Source: Promethearchaeota archaeon
Lineage (GTDB): Archaea > Asgardarchaeota > Lokiarchaeia > Sigyniarchaeales > SOKP01
Assembly: GCA_048937405.1 (NCBI GenBank)
Contig: JBHLNF010000004.1
Span: forward strand, 192,001 to 256,000
Direction: 5' to 3'
DNA length: 64,000 bases
Notes under the pieces: model-generated
The model's input: only the letters and a program-made list of their open reading frames with translations
The model's database searches: none
What the model was told of the DNA's origin: nothing
Program-made: the position numbers and the translations under genes
Part shown: in pieces, positions 60,700 through 64,000 of the stretch
Layout of the letters: each line of letters begins with the position of its first letter
Numbering within the stretch: position 1 is the stretch's first letter

Positions 60700-61734
60700 A
60701 TGTCATCAAGAAAACCATTAAAAGAATTTGTAGGTGACCATAAAGCAGCTATTTTATTAGCAATAATAATCATTGCGGGAGGTTCTGTCGGAACATATTT
60801 TGTCATTGATTACTTAAATGCTCAAAATCCAGAAAAAATAACATTAGCAACAACGACTTCTACATATGATTCAGGCTTATTAGATTATTTACTTCCTGAA
60901 TTTACCAAACTAACGGGAATTCATATTAAAGTGTTATCAGTGGGTACAGGAACTGCTATCACATATGGAAAAGATGGGAATGTAGATGTAATTCTGGTAC
61001 ATTCAAGATCGAGAGAAGATGATTTTGTTAATGCTAGTCTTGGTGTTGATGGCATCCCTTATGGAATTTATCGTGCATGTGTTATGTATAACGATTTTAT
61101 TATAGTAGGACATGAATCTAATCCTGCTAATTTACAACCTGGTGATAATATAATAACAGTCATGACAAAATTAAGAGATGCTATAGATAATGGAAATATG
61201 ACTTTTTATTCTAGAGGAGATGGTTCGGGGACTCATTCAAAAGAACTAGCCTTATGGAGCCTAGTTGGAGTGGACCCAGAAACAAGATGGGAAGAACAAC
61301 CAGACAAGTATTCTGAAACCGGAGAAGGTATGGGAACCACATTATTAATAACATCTGAGGATACTGAAGCTGCACATGAAGGATATACAATAATTGATAG
61401 AGGTACATGGCTCTCCTTATTTGAACAATATACCACCCTAAAAATCTTAGCAGAATCTATTATTGGTGAAAACTATTTACTCAATCCTTATGGGGTTATC
61501 CCTATTAATCCTGTATTATATCCCCACGTTAAATATGTTTCTGTATGCAGATTTATTGGTTTTTTAACATCTCCATATGGTCAGGATCTAATTGATGCGT
61601 ATAGAAAAAATAATCAAGTTCTATTTCACGCGGATTTTGGAACTTGTGATAATGATACTGCTTGTACTACTACTGCTGATGAAATAACAATATGGAAGCC
61701 ATATCAAATAGAATTTGCAGATTTAACAGTCTAA
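60700..61734 (+). CDS. tupA: Tungstate ABC transporter substrate-binding protein
   Basis: ATTTSTYDSGLL, VGTG, MYNDF, SRGDGSGTHSKE, LLNPY. Confidence 0.92.
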   Translation: MSSRKPLKEFVGDHKAAILLAIIIIAGGSVGTYFVIDYLNAQNPEKITLATTTSTYDSGLLDYLLPEFTKLTGIHIKVLSVGTGTAITYGKDGNVDVILVHSRSREDDFVNASLGVDGIPYGIYRACVMYNDFIIVGHESNPANLQPGDNIITVMTKLRDAIDNGNMTFYSRGDGSGTHSKELALWSLVGVDPETRWEEQPDKYSETGEGMGTTLLITSEDTEAAHEGYTIIDRGTWLSLFEQYTTLKILAESIIGENYLLNPYGVIPINPVLYPHVKYVSVCRFIGFLTSPYGQDLIDAYRKNNQVLFHADFGTCDNDTACTTTADEITIWKPYQIEFADLTV

Positions 61735-61770
61735 TGAATTTTAGTAAAATTCATTTTTTTTTTATTTTTT
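61733..61770 (+). terminator. Hairpin plus T-tract between tupA and tupB
   Basis: AATGAATTTT..AAAATTCATT inverted repeat followed by long T runs. Confidence 0.55.
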
Positions 61771-61806
61771 ATCAATATAGTTAAATCAAAAAAAGAAGTT
61801 AGAATA

Positions 61807-62502
61807 ATGCCGAATGAAATTATAGAGGGAATATTAGAGGCAATACGTTTAATATTTACTTTTGATCCTGAAGTATGGGGTGTAATTGAAGTTTCGTTCC
61901 GAGTTTCCTTGACTTCAACATTTTTAGCAGCTTTAGTTGCTCTACCAATTGGTTCATTTATAGGATTGAGGAAATTTAAAGGGAAAAAGGAGATTACAAA
62001 CTTAATTAATACTTTTATGGGATTTCCTCCAGTAGTTATGGGATTATTAGTATATTTGCTATTATCAAGAAATGGACCATTTGGGGAATTAGGATTATTA
62101 TATTCAACATCAGCTATGATAATAGCCCAATTTCTTTTAGCAATCCCTATTATTATGGGTACAGCTAAAGCGGCAATAGAAAGTGTTGATCCAATTTTAA
62201 AAGAAACAGTTCTTTCTTTAGGGGCTAATGAACGCCAATTATGGTGGGAATTAATTAAACATTCGAAAAAATCTATTATTGCTGGATTTCTTGTTGCTTT
62301 TGGGCAAGCAATTTCTGAAGTAGGAGCAGTTATGATCGTTGGAGGTAATATTAGATGGGAAACTAGAACTTTTACGACTTCTATTGTTCTTCAAACTCGT
62401 ATGGGTGAATTTGGGATGGCAATAGCTTTAGGGGTAATTCTCATCTCTATTGCCTTTATCGTCAATTACGGACTTACACGTTTACAAACTAGAGTTGATT
62501 AA
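61807..62502 (+). CDS. tupB: Tungstate ABC transporter permease
   Basis: MGFPPVVMGL, GPFG.LGLLY, ISEVGAVMIVGGNI..ETR. Confidence 0.92.
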   Translation: MPNEIIEGILEAIRLIFTFDPEVWGVIEVSFRVSLTSTFLAALVALPIGSFIGLRKFKGKKEITNLINTFMGFPPVVMGLLVYLLLSRNGPFGELGLLYSTSAMIIAQFLLAIPIIMGTAKAAIESVDPILKETVLSLGANERQLWWELIKHSKKSIIAGFLVAFGQAISEVGAVMIVGGNIRWETRTFTTSIVLQTRMGEFGMAIALGVILISIAFIVNYGLTRLQTRVD

Positions 62503-62503
62503 A

Positions 62504-63595
62504 ATGAAATTACTAGAGATTAGAAATATTCATAAAGAATATTATAAAGGAGATAAATCAGCAATTATTGTTCTTTCTAACATAAATTTCTCTGTTAAAA
62601 AAGGAGAATGCTTTATTATAATTGGCCCAAATGGAAGTGGTAAAACTACTTTATTAAAATTAATAGGATTACTTGAATTACCAACCTCTGGACAAATTCT
62701 TTATAATAATAAAGAATTAATTAACATTTCGAGAAAGGAAAAAGTTAAATACAGGAGAAAATTCTCATTTGTCCGCCAAAAACCTATAGTACGGAATACA
62801 TCGGTCTTTAATAACATAGCATATGGTTTAAAAGTACGTGGAATGAGAAGTATTGATTATCAAGAGGAGGTTAATGAAATAATACAATTTACTGGGTTAA
62901 AGGGTATGGAGAAAAAAAATGCAAGATCTTTATCTGGAGGTGAAATGCAAAGAGTTGCAATAGCAATGAATTTCGTTATAAACCCTGATCTCTACTTATT
63001 GGATGAAGTATCAGCAAATTTAGATTCGATGAATTTAAAGTTGTTAGACGATTTTATTATGAGAATAAAACAGGATAAGGAAAAGACGATAATTATGAGT
63101 ACACATGATCCTCTTGAAGCAATAAAATATGCAGACCGTATTGCTGTACTTAATAATGGGCAAATAACTCAAATAGGAAGACCAAATGAAATATTCACAG
63201 CTCCGAAGGATGAATTTACTGCTCTTTTTGTAGGATATGAAAACATTTTTTATGGGTTAGCAGAATTAGATAAAGTAACAGGATTATCTCAAATCAAAAT
63301 TAATGATTTAATTATTACAGCTTCAAGTCAACAAGAGGGGGAAGTTAAAGTTTGTATTCGACCAGAAAGTATTGGTATTGTTAAAGAACCTCCCAAGAAC
63401 ACAAGCTATAGAAATACCTTCAAAGGTATTATTGAAAATATCCGAGAACTTGGAAATATTTGTCATTTAATCGTAAGATGTCAATCAGAGAAATTTTTAA
63501 TAACCATAACTGAGCTTTCTCGAAAGAATTTAAAGTTAGAAATAGAATCTGAGGCCTTTATCAATTTTAAAGCAACAGATGTTAAAATATTATAA
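62504..63595 (+). CDS. tupC: Tungstate ABC transporter ATP-binding protein with TOBE domain (track start 62450)
   Basis: GPNGSGKTT, LSGGEMQRV, LLDE, STH, C-terminal TOBE (FKAT). Confidence 0.88.
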   Translation: MKLLEIRNIHKEYYKGDKSAIIVLSNINFSVKKGECFIIIGPNGSGKTTLLKLIGLLELPTSGQILYNNKELINISRKEKVKYRRKFSFVRQKPIVRNTSVFNNIAYGLKVRGMRSIDYQEEVNEIIQFTGLKGMEKKNARSLSGGEMQRVAIAMNFVINPDLYLLDEVSANLDSMNLKLLDDFIMRIKQDKEKTIIMSTHDPLEAIKYADRIAVLNNGQITQIGRPNEIFTAPKDEFTALFVGYENIFYGLAELDKVTGLSQIKINDLIITASSQQEGEVKVCIRPESIGIVKEPPKNTSYRNTFKGIIENIRELGNICHLIVRCQSEKFLITITELSRKNLKLEIESEAFINFKATDVKIL

Positions 63596-63679
63596 ATAAA
63601 TTTTTAAGAAATTTCAATTTAATTTAAATAACGTTATGTTTACGAGAAAATATCGAAGATTTCAACACTTTTAACAAAA

Positions 63680-64000
63680 ATGATCGATATATCCGAAAAA
63701 AATACAATTACTAGGATTGCAATAGCGTCTGGCAAGATTAAATTAAAAAAAGAGACAATTGAACGGATTATTAAGAAGCAAGTTGAAAAAGGTGATGCCT
63801 TTACTATTGCGAAAGTCTCTGCTATTAATGCGGTTAAAAAAGTCCCAGAATTAATTCCTTTCTGTCATCAAATCCCTATAACAAATGTGAAAGTAAATTT
63901 TGAAATCAATGGTCAAATAATTAAAGTAGTATGTAGAGTTAAAAGTATCGCAAAGACAGGAGTTGAAATGGAAGCATTAACGGGAGTTAGTATAGCTCTT
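63680..64000 (+). CDS. moaC: Cyclic pyranopterin monophosphate synthase MoaC, 3'-truncated by window edge
   Basis: MIDISEK..R.AIASG, KGD, LIPFCHQI, KTGVEMEALTG. Confidence 0.92.
   Translation, partial: MIDISEKNTITRIAIASGKIKLKKETIERIIKKQVEKGDAFTIAKVSAINAVKKVPELIPFCHQIPITNVKVNFEINGQIIKVVCRVKSIAKTGVEMEALTGVSIAL

Overview
Very AT-rich archaeal chromosome segment, most likely from an Asgard archaeon of the Lokiarchaeia/Promethearchaeota type (inferred from a roadblock-small GTPase fusion, longin-like and gelsolin-like proteins, and archaeal tRNA-Leu and mevalonate genes). 1-11.2 kb is an isoprenoid/mevalonate cluster (MvaD-like decarboxylase, class II HMG-CoA reductase, UbiD decarboxylase, AcnX two-subunit dehydratase, mevalonate kinase, IPK-IDI2 fusion, UbiX, prenyl synthase). 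Main finding: the mevalonate kinase gene is split inside its conserved GE|H motif by a 31-nt insert (5213-5243) with stops in both exon frames. The insert folds into a relaxed bulge-helix-bulge (BHB) structure whose predicted cut sites restore GGC-GAA|CAT exactly, i.e. a candidate tRNA-type intron in a protein-coding gene. A tRNA-Leu(CAG) in the same window carries two non-canonical BHB introns with similar bulges. Also present: a decayed IS607-like element with an intact TnpB having a rearranged (Fanzor-like) RuvC, several genes that appear to start at ATT/CTG, two orphan DNA methyltransferases, eukaryote-signature-like proteins, an SDR-QueC fusion, duplicated TetR modules with shared operators, minimal MCP-like proteins, a CoA-transferase pair, tungstate ABC transporter and moaC. 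All family calls come from motif recognition by eye, without database searches.
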